The notes below the pieces were generated by a model that ran no database searches, was not told the DNA's origin, and worked only from the letters and a program-made list of their open reading frames with translations. Below are positions 1-12,805 of a DNA stretch of 64,000 bases, piece by piece. Both the position numbers and the translations under genes were made by a program. Source of the DNA: Vicugna vicugna (taxonomy: Eukaryota); the NCBI GenBank assembly GCA_013265495.1, contig MU058844.1, positions 13,228,184 through 13,292,183 on the forward strand, in the 5' to 3' direction. Position 1 is the stretch's first letter; every line of letters begins with the position of its first letter.

Positions 1-225
1 GTTTTCCATAGTGGCTGCATCAAATTACATTCCCATCAACAGTGTAGAGGGTGCCCTTTTCTCCACACCCTTTCCAGCATTTACCATTTGTGGCCTTTTT
101 AATGATGGCCATTCTGACCAGTGTGAGGTGATACCTCACTGTAGTTTTGATTTGCATTTCTCTAATAACTAGTGATATTGAGCACCTTTTCTTGTGCCTA
201 TTGGCCATCTGTATGTCTTCTTTAA
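1..225 (-). mobile_element. LINE-1 fragment, ORF2 C-terminal region (runs off the window start)
   Basis: Minus-strand translation [38 protein letters not shown]...[19 protein letters not shown] matches the typical L1 ORF2p C-terminal domain. Confidence 0.95.
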
Positions 226-334
226 AAATACCGTGTTCTTAAATGACATGGGATTTTTTTCTTTTATAGGATGGATCTAAGGCATTCCAAGTTCTCTGTA
301 TACCCAGTGAAAGCTTCCTCTTTCTCCTACATAT

Positions 335-632
335 TTCCTTCCCTGAAATCCTTTCTTTATTCCTATTCATCCTTTAGGTTGCAGCTTAGATATTATGTCT
401 TCTGAGAGTACCCCTTTCCCTCTTTGAGCTCCCATAGGAACCTCTTCTCCCACCCCACAATTATATTAATTATAGCACTTAGCATGCTGCATTGGAACCA
501 ACAGTCAACTTGTCAGTCTCTCCCATTGAACCATAGATCCATGAGAACAGAGAAATTACCGATTTTGCTTATTATTGTAACCTTGGCATGCAGTACAGTG
601 CTTAATGCATAGTAGATGCTCAATAAAATTTT
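335..632 (+). mobile_element. LINE-2 3' end
   Basis: Ends in the L2 terminal motif (cagtacagtgcttaatgcatagtagatgctcaataaa). Confidence 0.75.
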
Positions 633-1696
633 ATTGTATTATGTAAGGCATCCCAAGACCTCTCAGATTTGGTGCTGGTGCCTCTTGCTAGCTTTGCATG
701 TTAATAAGTGTGGACACTGGATTAACTGGGTGAATCTAAGGCTTTGCTGGACATATTTTCATGTGCAGGGTACATAGGAAGGATGAATTAGGGCTCTGGA
801 ATTCCTGAAGGCAAAGACAATGTGCTTCAGTTTCTACTTACTTTGTTTCTTTCCTCCCTGCTTCAATCTTCAAATTGAATCTTTAATCCTAGAAAGTGAA
901 TCATCCTTGATAAATATATTACAGGGGCTGGACAAGACCAATAGCAGGCATTGGGAGAGGAAAGACGCCAGTCACTTTCCTGTTTACTTTTTGTGCCATC
1001 ACAGAACACAACTGTATTTGTTTTTCGGTTGAAAGGTCAAGGCCCTGTGCAGAGCTCTCATCTATGAATGAACGGGTGACTGTTTCCTTTTCCTTTTTCT
1101 GGCATTAGGCTACTCTGAGACTTCCTCCAAAGGTTTATGAGTATCTTTGCTGCAGTGAATAACATGGGGTTAGACTTCCTTTTTGGAGGAGATAAACCTG
1201 AGTCATTCAAAGGCTTCTTGTTATTCAGATTCCTTTGTAAGTGTCAGCTTAACCGGCTGGACCTGTGGCTTCCCTTCTATCACCTCATCTGCCTGTTTAT
1301 CTTCCTTGTTCATTTCTCTCTGTCGAATGAGGAGAGTAACTAACTGGTGAAGCTGTGTGTACAGTATTTGCAAAATGACGTTGCTGTTTTGTCCGAGGAG
1401 GAGCCCTTTACCTTCTTGCTACTTGATTGAGAAGAAAAGGTCTATTAAGAAGGTTTGTGCTGGGTAATGATTATGTGCCTCTATCTCTTTTAATTCCTGC
1501 TTTAAAAAGGAAGTGACTCATACAGTAGATAAACTGGACTTGAAAGAATGTCTGGCTTATGCAAAGCTCTTATTTACATCCTAGGCTCTTTCATTCACAG
1601 GGAAATAGGGACTCAAGGACTTTGGGGCAGGAGTTCCTCCCTTTTTTATTTCTGTTCTTTAATAGGCAGTGGCCTAAATGATCTCTGGAAGATTTT

Positions 1697-1722
1697 TGTT
1701 TGTTTGTTTGTTTGTTTGTTTT
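1697..1722. repeat. (TTTG)n microsatellite
   Basis: Direct reading: tttgtttgtttgtttgtttgtttgtttt. Confidence 0.95.
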
Positions 1723-1954
1723 CTGCCTTTAACATATCCCCCACTCAGGCTTCCCTTTCTCTGTTGAAAATAGGAATTGCATGAATGTCAGAGAAGAGAC
1801 TAGAGAGATACTATAGACAGCTCTTCTATCTTGTATTCCTAACTCCTCAGAGTCTCAGACCCTCCATTACTGGTAGCTCATATCTATCGAGATGGGGCTT
1901 CATTTACTCCCTGCCTGGTCCTTCACAGGGTTTAGTAAAGTGGTTTAGACTACA

Positions 1955-2160
1955 GCTTTAAAGCTTGTGCTTCAGTGTCAGCTAGACAGTTTGGTTTCAA
2001 ATTAGTTGTGTAGTCTTGGAAAAGTCATTTAATCTCTTAGCCTGTCTCCTCCCCTGTAAATGGGAATCCTAATAACACCTGGATCACAGGACTATGATGG
2101 TGACGTGAGAATTTATGTAAATAAAGCTCACGACCAGTGGTAAACTCACTCAGTATTTGA
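1955..2160 (+). mobile_element. MIR SINE
   Basis: MIR core-like sequence: tagttgtgtagtcttggaaaagtcatttaatctct...ctgtaaatgggaatcctaataacacc. Confidence 0.75.
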
Positions 2161-2889
2161 GATGGTCATTAATAAGGATTTTATTTGTAAGCTGACTTTG
2201 TCTTTAATTCTTTTTTTCATTTTAAGTTTCTTTTCTTATGCCTTTTCTAAATAATTTCTTCAATTTAAAGTACTATTTTATTTTTCAGTATTTGTTGAGT
2301 AAATGAATCAGTGAATGGGGGTGGTTTATATTCCCAATGATAAGAGCCAACTATAGCGTCAAAAATTCTAATTTGTTCCTGAGATCCCTGGGTGGGCAGA
2401 TCAGTTGCTGGGTGAGGAGTTTATTCTGCTCAATTACAGAGTTAAAGGGGTTCCTAGAGGCTAGATTCTGTGCCCTACCCACTGGCTTCTGAACCGGAGG
2501 TGACCTCAGGCTGGTGTGATCCAGAGCAACTCCCATTAAAGCCTGGTCCCAGCTAAACAGCAACTGGGCAGGGCACCAGGCAAAAAGTCCTCTCTTGTTT
2601 TCCCCTCTCTTAAACTATCCCTTTGTACACTCAGAGACAGTTATTAACTCAGCTACAGCGCATACGTGAGTTCAGGTGTAAAGGACCAAAAAAGGAGTGA
2701 ACTCCTTTGAGTTTTTCTTGGAGGTTCCACTTTTTATTCCTTTAGTATTTCTTTTGCTCTATGAATCCTGCTTTGGTGCATATTCAGTCATTTGTTTTCT
2801 CCATCCTTTCCTTCCACTCCCAACTAACCAGCTCACCAGTGGTGAGCAGAAACTTGAGGGCTTTAAGTTAAAGGGTTAGTGACATAGTC

Positions 2890-3015
2890 CTTCCATTCAT
2901 GTACTCAACTATTTCAGGGCATCTTCTCTGGACCAGGCACTGCTTGAGATATTAGGTGTACATTAATTTTTTAAAAAAGAGAGACATACTCCTTTGTCTT
3001 TACGGAACTCACCAC
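2890..3015 (-). mobile_element. LINE-2 3' end
   Basis: Reversed L2 tail: ccattcatgtactcaactatttcagggcatc...ccaggcactg. Confidence 0.65.
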
Positions 3016-3674
3016 TGAGACTCATCTTTATGGGAGATTTTAGGGTTCTTTTAGGATTCGTCTGGCACCCAGCCTCACAAGTTCAAAACTGTCTTAATTC
3101 TATTTGACTTTCACCTCCATTCCACTTCAACCATCCTTTTACATAGGCACTTCATAGGCATTTACAATTACACTTGACCTTGTCATCACCCGGAGCTGAA
3201 ACCTTAAACTCCATAGACGGGGTTGCTAACCACAGGCTCCTAATTCTTCCAGTTTTCTCACCTCCATTTTCAAGCCATGTGTCTTCTTTGAGACCTCCTT
3301 TTCTTTTTTGTTCCTATTCTATCAGCCATCTCCATATTTTCACATCCTTCCTATCCAGCCTAGACAGAATGATGGCTTAATGCTTCAATTTTTCTCTAGT
3401 CAATACTATCGTATCCTTTGCACCTTCTTCTGCCTTCATATCCTTCAAGTTCCTTGCTCTGAGCCAATGCAGCTTCGTCCCTTTCACATCAAGCCTTGAG
3501 AAGCCTGCTAGGAAAAAAGTCACTCAACTTTGTTGCAACAAACTGTGTTCAGCTTTAGGCAGGCTTATAATGCTGCACTGTAATCTTTCTATATGCCTTT
3601 TGGTTATCTCTTTCTTTCATTCCCCAAGATTTTTTTCTTCTGGCTTTTTAAAATATATATATTTTTGGTTAAAA

Positions 3675-4075
3675 ACTGTTTTATTATGGAAAATTTCAAG
3701 CATTTATAAAAACAGAGAGAATAGTGTCCTAAACCTCTATCTATGTATTAATGAGCTCACTACCAATCTCGTTTCATCTGTGGCCTCTATCCCACCCCCA
3801 AATTATTTTAAAGCAAATTTTGACATCATATAATTTCATTTGTGAATATGGTATATACTCTAAAAGATAAGGACACTTTAAAAAACAAAGCACAATAGCA
3901 TTATCTCAGTAAAAAACTTCATAGTCATTCTCTAATACCATGAGGCATACGGGCAGTTTTCGCACTACCTCCCTGCCCTTTGATTTTTTAAAAAAAGTTT
4001 GTTTGAAGCTGGACCCACATAAGGTCAGTATTGTGTGATTGGTTGACATGTCTGGTAAATCTCTTTTAATGTTAC
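3675..4075 (-). mobile_element. Old LINE-1 3' UTR (L1MC-like)
   Basis: ttttattatggaaaatttcaagcat...attattttaaagcaaat...ctctaaaagataaggac resembles the reversed L1MC4/5-type 3' end. Confidence 0.75.
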
Positions 4076-4239
4076 ATATCTTCCTCTTTTTTTCTTGCAG
4101 TATATGGGAATATAGTTTTTGGTTGAAGAAATCAGATCCTATGATTGCTTTTGGAACCATTGCCGTATTACTATGACTGACAAACGCTCTTACTGCTGAT
4201 GCTGATCAGAATTTGTAGAAAGAGTGCAGCTCCCTTAAC

Positions 4240-5790
4240 TACCTTTATTCTTATTAGCATCTGCATCCGTCATTCCTCCTCTGCTTATCTCTGAAGAAAG
4301 CGGCCCTTCTCCCTCCCATCTAAGGCTGATTTCTTTCATCAGCACCCCGGGTCCCTCTCCACTGGCTTCTTAGGGAATACCCTCCATTTTACATCCTCCA
4401 TCCCCAGGATCTTTAACTTCTACCTGACTCTTTTGCTCTCAGATTATAAACATTGAAGGGCTCTCTCAACTACAAACAAACTAACCAACCAAATAATACA
4501 CACACACACACACGCCCCAAAACTTCTGTCTGTCTTGTGTCTCATTCAAATTTTGGTCCCATCGTTCACTTTCCTTTCAAAAACCAAGTTTCAAAAAATT
4601 TCTTTGCGTTCATTTTTCCCCACACTTTCAACTTCCATTTACTCCCTAACCCACCACCTGGCTTCAGTTTCTATCACTTCTCAGAAATAGCGCTTTCCTT
4701 TCCAAGGGCACTAAAACCTCCTTTTGGCTAAATGCAGTGGCTGTGGGTTGAGTCTGTATCTCTTTTGATATCTGCAGCATTTTCCAGGGTTGGCCACGCC
4801 ATGCTTCTTGAAACCTCCTTCAGCCTCAGTGAATTGGTTCCTCTTGGTTTGCCTCCTACCTCTCTGATTCTCGCCTTAGTTCCTCTAAAAGTTTTCCTTC
4901 CTTTGTCTGCCCTTGAATTTCAGCCTTTTGTGAGTTCTATATACTTTTTCTGGATGATCTTATATATTCCTTTGAATTCAACCATCACCTTTATGAGGCC
5001 TCCCAAAGAGATGTCTCTGGCTCTGAGCTCTCTCTCCTGAGATCTGGATCTATGTAACCAGTTTCTACTGGACAGACACACTGATGTTCCTTAGATAGTT
5101 CAGACTCAACTTAGCATAAATTTCATCCATTACCTTCCCACTTGAACTTCTTCCACTTTCTGCACTGTATCTCTCTGTGAATGATGTGACCTAGTTGCTA
5201 CAGCCAGAGATTTGGTAATTATCCATGATGCCTTCCTCTCCCTCCCTGCTCTCTTTCTTCCAGTTTCCAATAGGACACCAACTGATGCGAACCTTCATAT
5301 TACTCACCTTTCATGTTCTCTTCTCTGAGGTGCCTTACACTTTGCATACAGTGCATTTTACTGCAGTGGCCGCAATGGGTTATCCGCTTTGGGTCTAGGA
5401 CCCTCACAATCCACTTCCCACACTGCTATCTGAGTGACCCTATTACTGAACTGCATGCAGTCCTTCAGTGGCTTTCCATCCCTCCAGGAAAAGAAAGACA
5501 CGTGGGAACACAGTGGGTCAAGCCCTCTATGACTGGATTAGCTCTTAACCTCTTCAGCCACCTTTCCTGTCACTCCCAATCTAACACTCTCCACTCCAAC
5601 TTCCTGCATTTCCAAAAAAAGGTCTATTTTCTCACCCTTAGGCCTGTGCCCATGTAGCCTCCTCTGATTCGAAAACAGCTCCTGCTGTTTGTTTAAGTCA
5701 ACCTTTGCACTTCAGGTCTGGGCTCATCTCTTCTAGGAAATCTTCTCTGACCTGCAGTCCAGGTTAGGTACCCTTCTTATCTACCTGCCT
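4240..5790 (+). mobile_element. LINE-2, long decayed fragment (probably continuing from ~3110-3600, with the L1 inserted between)
   Basis: Pyrimidine-rich L2-like motifs: tctgcagcattt...cttcttgaaac, ctctctcctgagatctggatc, cagccagagatttggtaattatccatgatgccttcctctcc, ccttcagtggctttccatc. Confidence 0.7.
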
Positions 5791-5974
5791 TGAGAAATCT
5801 CCCCTGATTGGCTCACAGCTCCACCCTGTCTTCCTTCACATACTGATCTGGCTGGTGGTCCCATATGTAGCTCCTGAAGTCATTGACTGGACCAGCTGGA
5901 AAGGATCTCCTCATTTTGTGGATAAAGATTTGTCTGTTTGCAGCTTGCTGTCTTTAAGAAGAGAGGCTTCCTGT

Positions 5975-6330
5975 TTTAGCAATTCAAAAAACTGTTTACC
6001 AAGGACCTGCCATGCACAGGGCTCTGTGTTAGAGCTTCTTTGGGTTATAGAGATAGAAACCCTTCCCTTGGGTTGCTTAGTGAGGGAGAGGAGATAAAAT
6101 ATCCACTTACATAAACAGAATACAATCAATAAAGACATACGGCTACAGTGCTGGTGAGGCTTCAGGCGAGGATACGATAAAAGGCCCTGAGGTCACCCAG
6201 GGGATCAAGGAAAGTCCTGTGGGGATTAATGTTTGAGCTGAGCCTTGAAATTGGTTGGATCAGGAATAGGTATGGAGGGAAAATCATTTGAGGCAGAGAG
6301 GCCTGTAAGAGAAAAGGCAGAGAATAATTT
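5975..6330 (-). mobile_element. LINE-2 3' fragment
   Basis: aattcaaaaactgtttaccaaggacctgccatgcacagggctctgtgttag...tttgagctgagccttgaa. Confidence 0.65.
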
Positions 6331-6573
6331 GAATTTTAAACCATGGGCATAATTTGCTTACTATCTGTCTGAGAGTTAGCAGGCCCTTTATGCTCCTTTT
6401 TTTTTTCCAAAAATATATTACAAAAATTGCATAGCACCCAATCATGGATCTCCTGTGATTTGAAAAATATTTACATAGCATAGATATATAATCCTGTATC
6501 ATCATTGCTACTTTGGCTATCTGTTTTTTCCTACTATTTAGAAAGGTAAACATTTGATAACATTGATTTATTT

Positions 6574-6673
6574 TTTTATTTTAATTTTTAAAAAATTTTA
6601 TTTTTTATTGAAGCATAGTTGATTTACCATGTTAATTTCAGGTATACAGCAAAGCGATTCAGTTATACATGTC
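6574..6673 (-). mobile_element. 5'-truncated LINE-1 3' end (cetartiodactyl-type) with 14-bp TSD
   Basis: T-rich tail followed by ttttattgaagcatagttgattta...ttcaggtatacagcaaagcgattcagttatacat; flanked by acattgatttattt at 6560-6573 and 6674-6687. Confidence 0.88.
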
Positions 6674-6800
6674 ACATTGATTTATTTAGTCAATAAACAG
6701 TTATGGATCTTTGCTAAAGGCTGGGTGTAATGTCATCTGCAAAGATAAATAAGACAAAGTTACTGCTTCCAAGAAATCACACTATTGTGGATGTGATAAG
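6674..6800 (-). mobile_element. LINE-2 3' end
   Basis: cattgatttatttagtcaataaacagttatgg...aagataaataagacaaagttactgcttccaagaaatcac. Confidence 0.6.
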
Positions 6801-7149
6801 AGATAGAAAGGTTATCAGAGGGTTAGAAGACAATAAAGTAGTAAATACTGCTACACAGATATGAATAAGTTGCTATAGGAACTGAGCCCCTACCTCTGGC
6901 TTGGGGGTAGGAGAAACCATCAAAGCAATGAAATTTGTGAAGTAGGTGGGGGTGGAAAAGTGTCCCAGAGAGAGCGACAACGTGTGAGAAAGGAATGGAA
7001 GGTGAGAAACTAGGACTTTTTCACTCTTGCAGATTTGCAAAAGGGCTTCAGCAATATTTCTTCCCTGACCTATATTGTTTGTAAAAGAAGTGGAGAAATG
7101 GATTAAATAAGAGGGGAAATAGAACAAGGCAGAGGAAAAAGGAGACCCA

Positions 7150-7275
7150 GTTCTGCCGATCTGATTCTGCAATTCATGTGCTGTGGAAAGTTACTTAATA
7201 TCTCTGGGCATCCGTCAGTCTGGGCACTGGCTAGATGGTCTTTTACGTCTTTTCCAGCTTAAATGATGTGGGACC
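7150..7275 (+). mobile_element. MIR fragment
   Basis: tgtgctgtggaaagttacttaatatctctgggcatc. Confidence 0.6.
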
Positions 7276-9708
7276 CTATTTTCCATGATTTTCCCTCTAA
7301 TAATGATCTGGATGTACGTATGCTGATGAACAGTGAATTAAGATCTTTGGCTCATTATTTGCTGAGAAGCAATGCAACCCATTTTCACACCTTTTTTTCC
7401 CCTCCCTATGACTGAGCAGTGTTGAGTTTTTATTCATCAGCAGTGGCCATTCATCAACTCTTTCTCATGGAGGGAGGGAGGGAGGCAGGGAGGCAGGGAG
7501 GAAGGAAAGCATCATTTTTTTTTTAACATTCTGACACCTTTTCTGGCCACAATATCAGTACTGCTCCCAAACTACACAATATGGTGATAAGAACTGAAAT
7601 TACTCATTGACATTATCATGGGGCTATTTTGAAAACATTATCTCATGTTCATTTCCTAGAATATCATCAAGTCTCTACAACATCAGTTCCTTAAAAGAGC
7701 ATGTTATTTTTGTTCCATCAGAAGCCAAAATGTGCTCACGAATTGTGTCTTCAGCACTGCTGACCTCCTTCTCTGATACTGTGGCCAAAAGCGTAGCTCT
7801 GAGCAAACTCTTTGCCCTGGTGGAGTCTGATAGAGTTTGCTGAATTTGAAGTGACCTGTTTTCAGTAACTTGCTTATCTTTAGGTAGATTATCTGCACTG
7901 CAGACTACTTATGGCATATTTCAAATCCTGGATGGAACTTCTACCACCATTACCTGTGGTTTTTGTCATCTTTCTTCATCCTCACTGTCTAGCCAGTCAC
8001 CATGTGCTCAGGCAAAGAGAACTAATTAACCCTAATGTGAGAGCAAGCATCATTTCACAGCTGAATTCTCCACAAATTGATATTTTACATAGTCCCAAAG
8101 GTAGAAAAAGAGCTTTCGTATTATCTGAGAGTTTAGTTTGACTTGTTTCCATTAATGTGAAAAACTGTTGTCTGATAATCAGATAATTCTCTTGTCTGAC
8201 CTTGAATCCTTTATACATGAGACCAGACCAAGTGGGCATTCATTGGTGTTTCTATGGAAGGATGCTTTTAAAAACTTCTGAGTTCCAATTTTCTTTGCCT
8301 TTTTTGATTTATTGATGGATTTGTGCATTCACTTTTCCCAAACATTTAATTCACTGTTTTTTATATTGCTCTCTAAACTGCGTGTATACAAAGCTAGTTT
8401 TAGGCAGCCTCCTTAAATAAGGTTAAAGCAATACTAGTTAAGGGGGAAGAGAGTCAGCAGGATTTTGTGATAACCAAAGGCAAAGGCACATACAGTGAGA
8501 GAATGTGGCATTTCTGGGAAGCCCAGGGGCCTGATGGCTTAGATTTTAGTCCTCAGAACTTGTTTCAGCAATGGTCCTGCTTTTACTACATGAGTCATAA
8601 ACATTAGAGCAGGGAATACCTTCAGCCAGATGCCCTGGAAAAGAGTTTGTTAAAATGGAGAGAACAGGATGCCTACATCACATACATCAGTATGACTCCT
8701 AGGACCGAGGGCTTTAGACCTGCTAATCACTTTCTGAGTGAATTAATGCATATGAGTGAACACATGGAAGGATGTTGCTAGAGCATTATTAGCCAATGAG
8801 CAGTATTCCTTGCAAGGCAGATTAAAACTGAGACCAGCTAGCTAATGAATTTATGTAAAAGACCATTTATGAGGCCACTACACAGAGAATTGAGCAATAA
8901 ACAATTCTGCCAACTATTGACTTTTTTCAACTATAACCTTTCTTCCTATATTCCTGTGGAATAACATCTAATATACAGTGATTGAGATTTTGCTTGTTAT
9001 TTAATATAACACATTTTTTTCTTTTTAAAGTATCTTTGCAAATCAAGCAGTGCTTTTAAAGCTTATGCAAAAATAGTGCCTTGAAAGCTACACTTCTCTC
9101 TCATTTTCAAATCATCTTTCCGGGTAGAATAGTAATAATGAAGGTGGGATAAATGCACAGATTTTTATTGAATGCTGCCTTGTTTTAGACAGTTTAAAAA
9201 ATTTAATATAATTGTCTACTAATTTAGAAGGAAAGTATTCTTTGAAATCTTTTTCATAGGTTATTGTACTTACTATTTTCTGGGTCTGGGGGTACAAAAT
9301 GACTGATAAAATAGGTAAATGGTTTAGTTTTATAGTAACTTGACAGTCTCCTGGCCTTTAGCCAGGCCATCAGAAAACCTGATCTTCTCTTGAACCATGA
9401 CGCCGGGGCTGGGAGATGAGTGTTGCATTCACTCAGTGTGTCAGCAGTATGGGAAGGACCGTGGTGGAGTATCAACCAGCAGTGAGTGAAAGAAAAGAGG
9501 ACTTGAAAAGGAGTGAGAATGAATGGATAAAAATGGGTGACTCTAGGTAGGAGGTTGGTGGATAATGAACTGAAAAGTGGAGCCACTCTGAGATTGAGGT
9601 TCAGGATAAGCAAAGAACAAAGGTGTATTCTGTGACCAGGGGCCAGGCTGTTTGCATAGTGAGTGGAGCTATTCCATTTACTGTATGTGCATTCACGGAG
9701 CATAGGGG

Positions 9709-9732
9709 TGTGTGTGTGTGTGTGTGTGTGTG
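9709..9732. repeat. (TG)12 microsatellite
   Basis: Direct reading. Confidence 0.97.
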
Positions 9733-10328
9733 CAGCTGGAGACTGAGGCAGACTGGAGAGAGGACAGTCTCCATCTAATCAAGTCAGCTGCTCTGTCCTT
9801 AGCTCTGGCTGATTGTTGCCATGTCGACCTAATGTCTTCTCATTTTTCAAAAGAAATGAGAAATCTGGTATCTTAGAGGAAATAATCAAACATAGCACTG
9901 CATTAAGAAAAAAATTATGTGAGCCAAACTGACCTTGTCTATGGGTTGATAGGACCCTCTGGTCACCAGTGGGTCACCTTTATTCTAAACTGATTTTAGA
10001 ATTACATGCTACCTGTTGAGACTTGTGGTACTTATTAACTGGGTAATCTCAATACCTGCATCTGAATAATGGCTCTAGGAAGATTTAGCCCATAGGGTTG
10101 TTTAACTCAAAGAGTTTATGACATCCTTTAGTGAGAGGTATGTTACCTCCTAGCTCTGAGAGTTCCTACAATATTGTCCTACACAATTAATAGTCCCTAC
10201 TCATGGGCACATCTTGGAGTCATGTCCTGAATTAGGATAATCAGAGGTCTAAAAGTATCCTTAGAAAATGGTCTCCAACTTCCTGGTTAAAGGATGGTCT
10301 TGTGGAAGCTTTATGAGCTAGAATGATC

Positions 10329-10360
10329 GTGTGTGTGTGTGTGTATGTGTGTGTATGTGT
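10329..10360. repeat. Imperfect (TG)n microsatellite
   Basis: gtgtgtgtgtgtgtgtatgtgtgtgtatgtgt. Confidence 0.92.
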
Positions 10361-10687
10361 TGAGGGACAGCTGAGAGGGAGAGGAGTTGGAGGGAAGAAT
10401 CCCAGAAAGTAGCCACGAACTCCAAGAGCAGTCCTGACTGTTAACAGTTGCTCCAGTGGAAACTCCAGTGGACTTTCTTTCCCTGATTGTGAGCCTCCAA
10501 AGTTTACCAGCTGATCGTTAGATTTTCGAAAGCTGCTGGGGACTTCTCTCTGGTTCCTTAAGAATTGAGCAGTTGGGGTTAGAAAGAAAGAAGCAGATTA
10601 GTCAGACATCCTAAAGATTAAATGGTGGTGTATTTTGATTATCAGTAGTTTATGTGAATTTCACCTGTTGAAAAAAATAAGCACAAT

Positions 10688-10855
10688 CATGTGTCCATGT
10701 AGGTTCATCGATTGACTAATGTACCCTCATTGGGTGTGGGGGTGATAGTCAGGGAGATGGTCTGTGTGTGGGAATAGGAAAATCTGTATACTTTCTGTTC
10801 AGTTTTACTGTGAACCTACAACTGCTCTAAAACACAAAGTATATTTTAAAAAAAG
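10688..10855 (+). mobile_element. LINE-1 3' terminus (L1MC-like)
   Basis: gtaggttcatcgattg...aaatctgtatactttctgttcagttttactgtgaacctacaactgctctaaaa followed by an A-rich tail. Confidence 0.85.
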
Positions 10856-11039
10856 AAGCACACTTTCTTCTAGTTCTCTTTCAACATTTAGTGTCCTATA
10901 CCTTTATAGATATTTACAGTGAAAAAACCTTGGGACCCATGTTCTGGAAGTATATTCCTTTTCTCTTTTTTCTCTGCTCTTCCCTTTCTCTCCCACCTGT
11001 TTATAGAGCTGCTGGCTTGGGAATCTGTTACCCTCTCTC

Positions 11040-11130
11040 TGAGGTTCACTTAGGCTCAAGAGAGTGTCCTGTACACAGCAGATGTTCAATACCTTTTATT
11101 GACTGTCTGAATAAAGGAAGGAAGGAATGA
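11040..11130 (+). mobile_element. LINE-2 3' tail
   Basis: gtgtcctgtacacagcagatgttcaatac...gaataaaggaaggaaggaatga. Confidence 0.55.
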
Positions 11131-11777
11131 CCTGGCTTGGAAGTTGTGAGCCTTGGTGTGATGTCAACCTCCATTCTAAACTTAGGGAGCACTTGTTATG
11201 TGTTAGAACTCTGACAATTTGGGGCTTTTCAACCCATACTTATTTGTTGGGAGTTAAAATGATTCCTGTACACCAGAAATTAAACAACATTGCAAATCGA
11301 TCATATTTGAAAAACAAAAGATTTCTGTTTTCAGAACAGGATGTTATAAAGCGAAAATGATTTTAGACATCATCTAATCAAGTACTGGCATTTGTTTAGA
11401 TGACTTTTCCTGTATCTGAGCTCCTGTGTTTGAAGAAACAGAGGCCAAGAAGAGTTTTACTGATAATGTTCAGTTACAAAGCTGGTAGAGGGCAAAGTTG
11501 ATCATTGGACGCCCAGTTCGTTTGACTTTCAGTAGCACATCTGTGACATGGCTCTTCTCAGAGAAAAACCTGTCCTAGGCAAGTGCTCTGGGAGGTGACA
11601 AATGCCATGTTGGTGGTGCCCTTATTCTATGGGGACATGGATATAACTTGTAACTTTTCCTTGTCATCAAGCTAATTTCCACTACAGAGAAGTTTTTACT
11701 TCTAGGGAGGGCTGTGTGGCTTTGCTTTGACCCTGAGCTGAAGTTTTCAATGAGCTTCTAACATAAATGAATGCAGA

Positions 11778-11803
11778 ATATATATATATATATATATATA
11801 TAT
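11778..11803. repeat. (AT)n microsatellite
   Basis: Direct reading. Confidence 0.95.
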
Positions 11804-12684
11804 TCCACTTAGCTTGCTGACATCAAGGAATTCTGAATGTGATCTTGTGTAAATTCAGATTCCTGTTAAGAGAAGAAAGTTCATTAAAGTGGGCCCTGCT
11901 GATAACCCACCAAACATTAAGTTTTATCTGCACAATCAAAATGGGGTGTAAGTACAGACATTTGTCTTAGACTCATCTCAAGTTAAACTCTTTTCTGAAG
12001 ATGGACATGAACACATTGCCTGCCTGGTAGTGAGAGTCTGCTGACGACATAAGTTGGCAACAGAAACAGAGAGGCAAACAGTTGAAGTGAGATCTTCAAG
12101 AGCATCAAGATGTCATTTACAGAAAATTCGGAGGTCTTTGGAGTTAAATGAAGAGAGGTTGAGTTCACTGTGCATTCAGTTCTCTAGAACACATTTGTAG
12201 TCTTTTCTTGCCATCCTTGCTAAATTATTTTCCTGGCTGCCTACTGGCCCTCCTCACCCCTACTCCAAACATCGTAGAGTCATTTTGGAAAAGACTAATG
12301 TTAGCTCTGGGTGCTTTTGGACATTTGGATTGACAGAAAGAAGAGGCAGAAACTGAGTCAGTGGGATGGGTGATTCAGAAAATGATTTAAGAAGTAGAAA
12401 ATCTATGGGCCTCTTGTAGACAAAAATGGTAATGGCTGGGTGGTCTTCACATCTTTTACTGATTATTTCTTATCACTTCTAGAATGACACTGAGGATGCA
12501 TTTTATACTTTAGTATAAACTACATTAGTTTCACTTCATTTTTTGCATTTTAAAAAAGAACCAGCTAAGACTCCAAATATTTTTGGTCCCATGTGGCCTT
12601 GACAAATCCACTGTAAAGATACAAGGAAAAATTTTCTGGGTTTAATTGAATTGAGATCTGATTAGGTCTTAGCTTTAGTATTTT

Positions 12685-12805
12685 CCATCCTGCCCTCCTG
12701 CCCTGCCCTTGTTTCTTCCTTTGTTCACTCTTCCTTTTCTCTTCCTCCTCCTCCTTGTTTTTCCTTTTCCTCTCTATTCCCATCCCTCCCTCCCTTCTTC
12801 TCCTA
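12685..12805. repeat. Polypyrimidine low-complexity tract
   Basis: About 120 bp of almost only C/T on the plus strand. Confidence 0.85.

Noticed and set aside
10451..10472. Direct repeat ctccagtgga x2
   Set aside because: Simple local slippage duplication with no further structure
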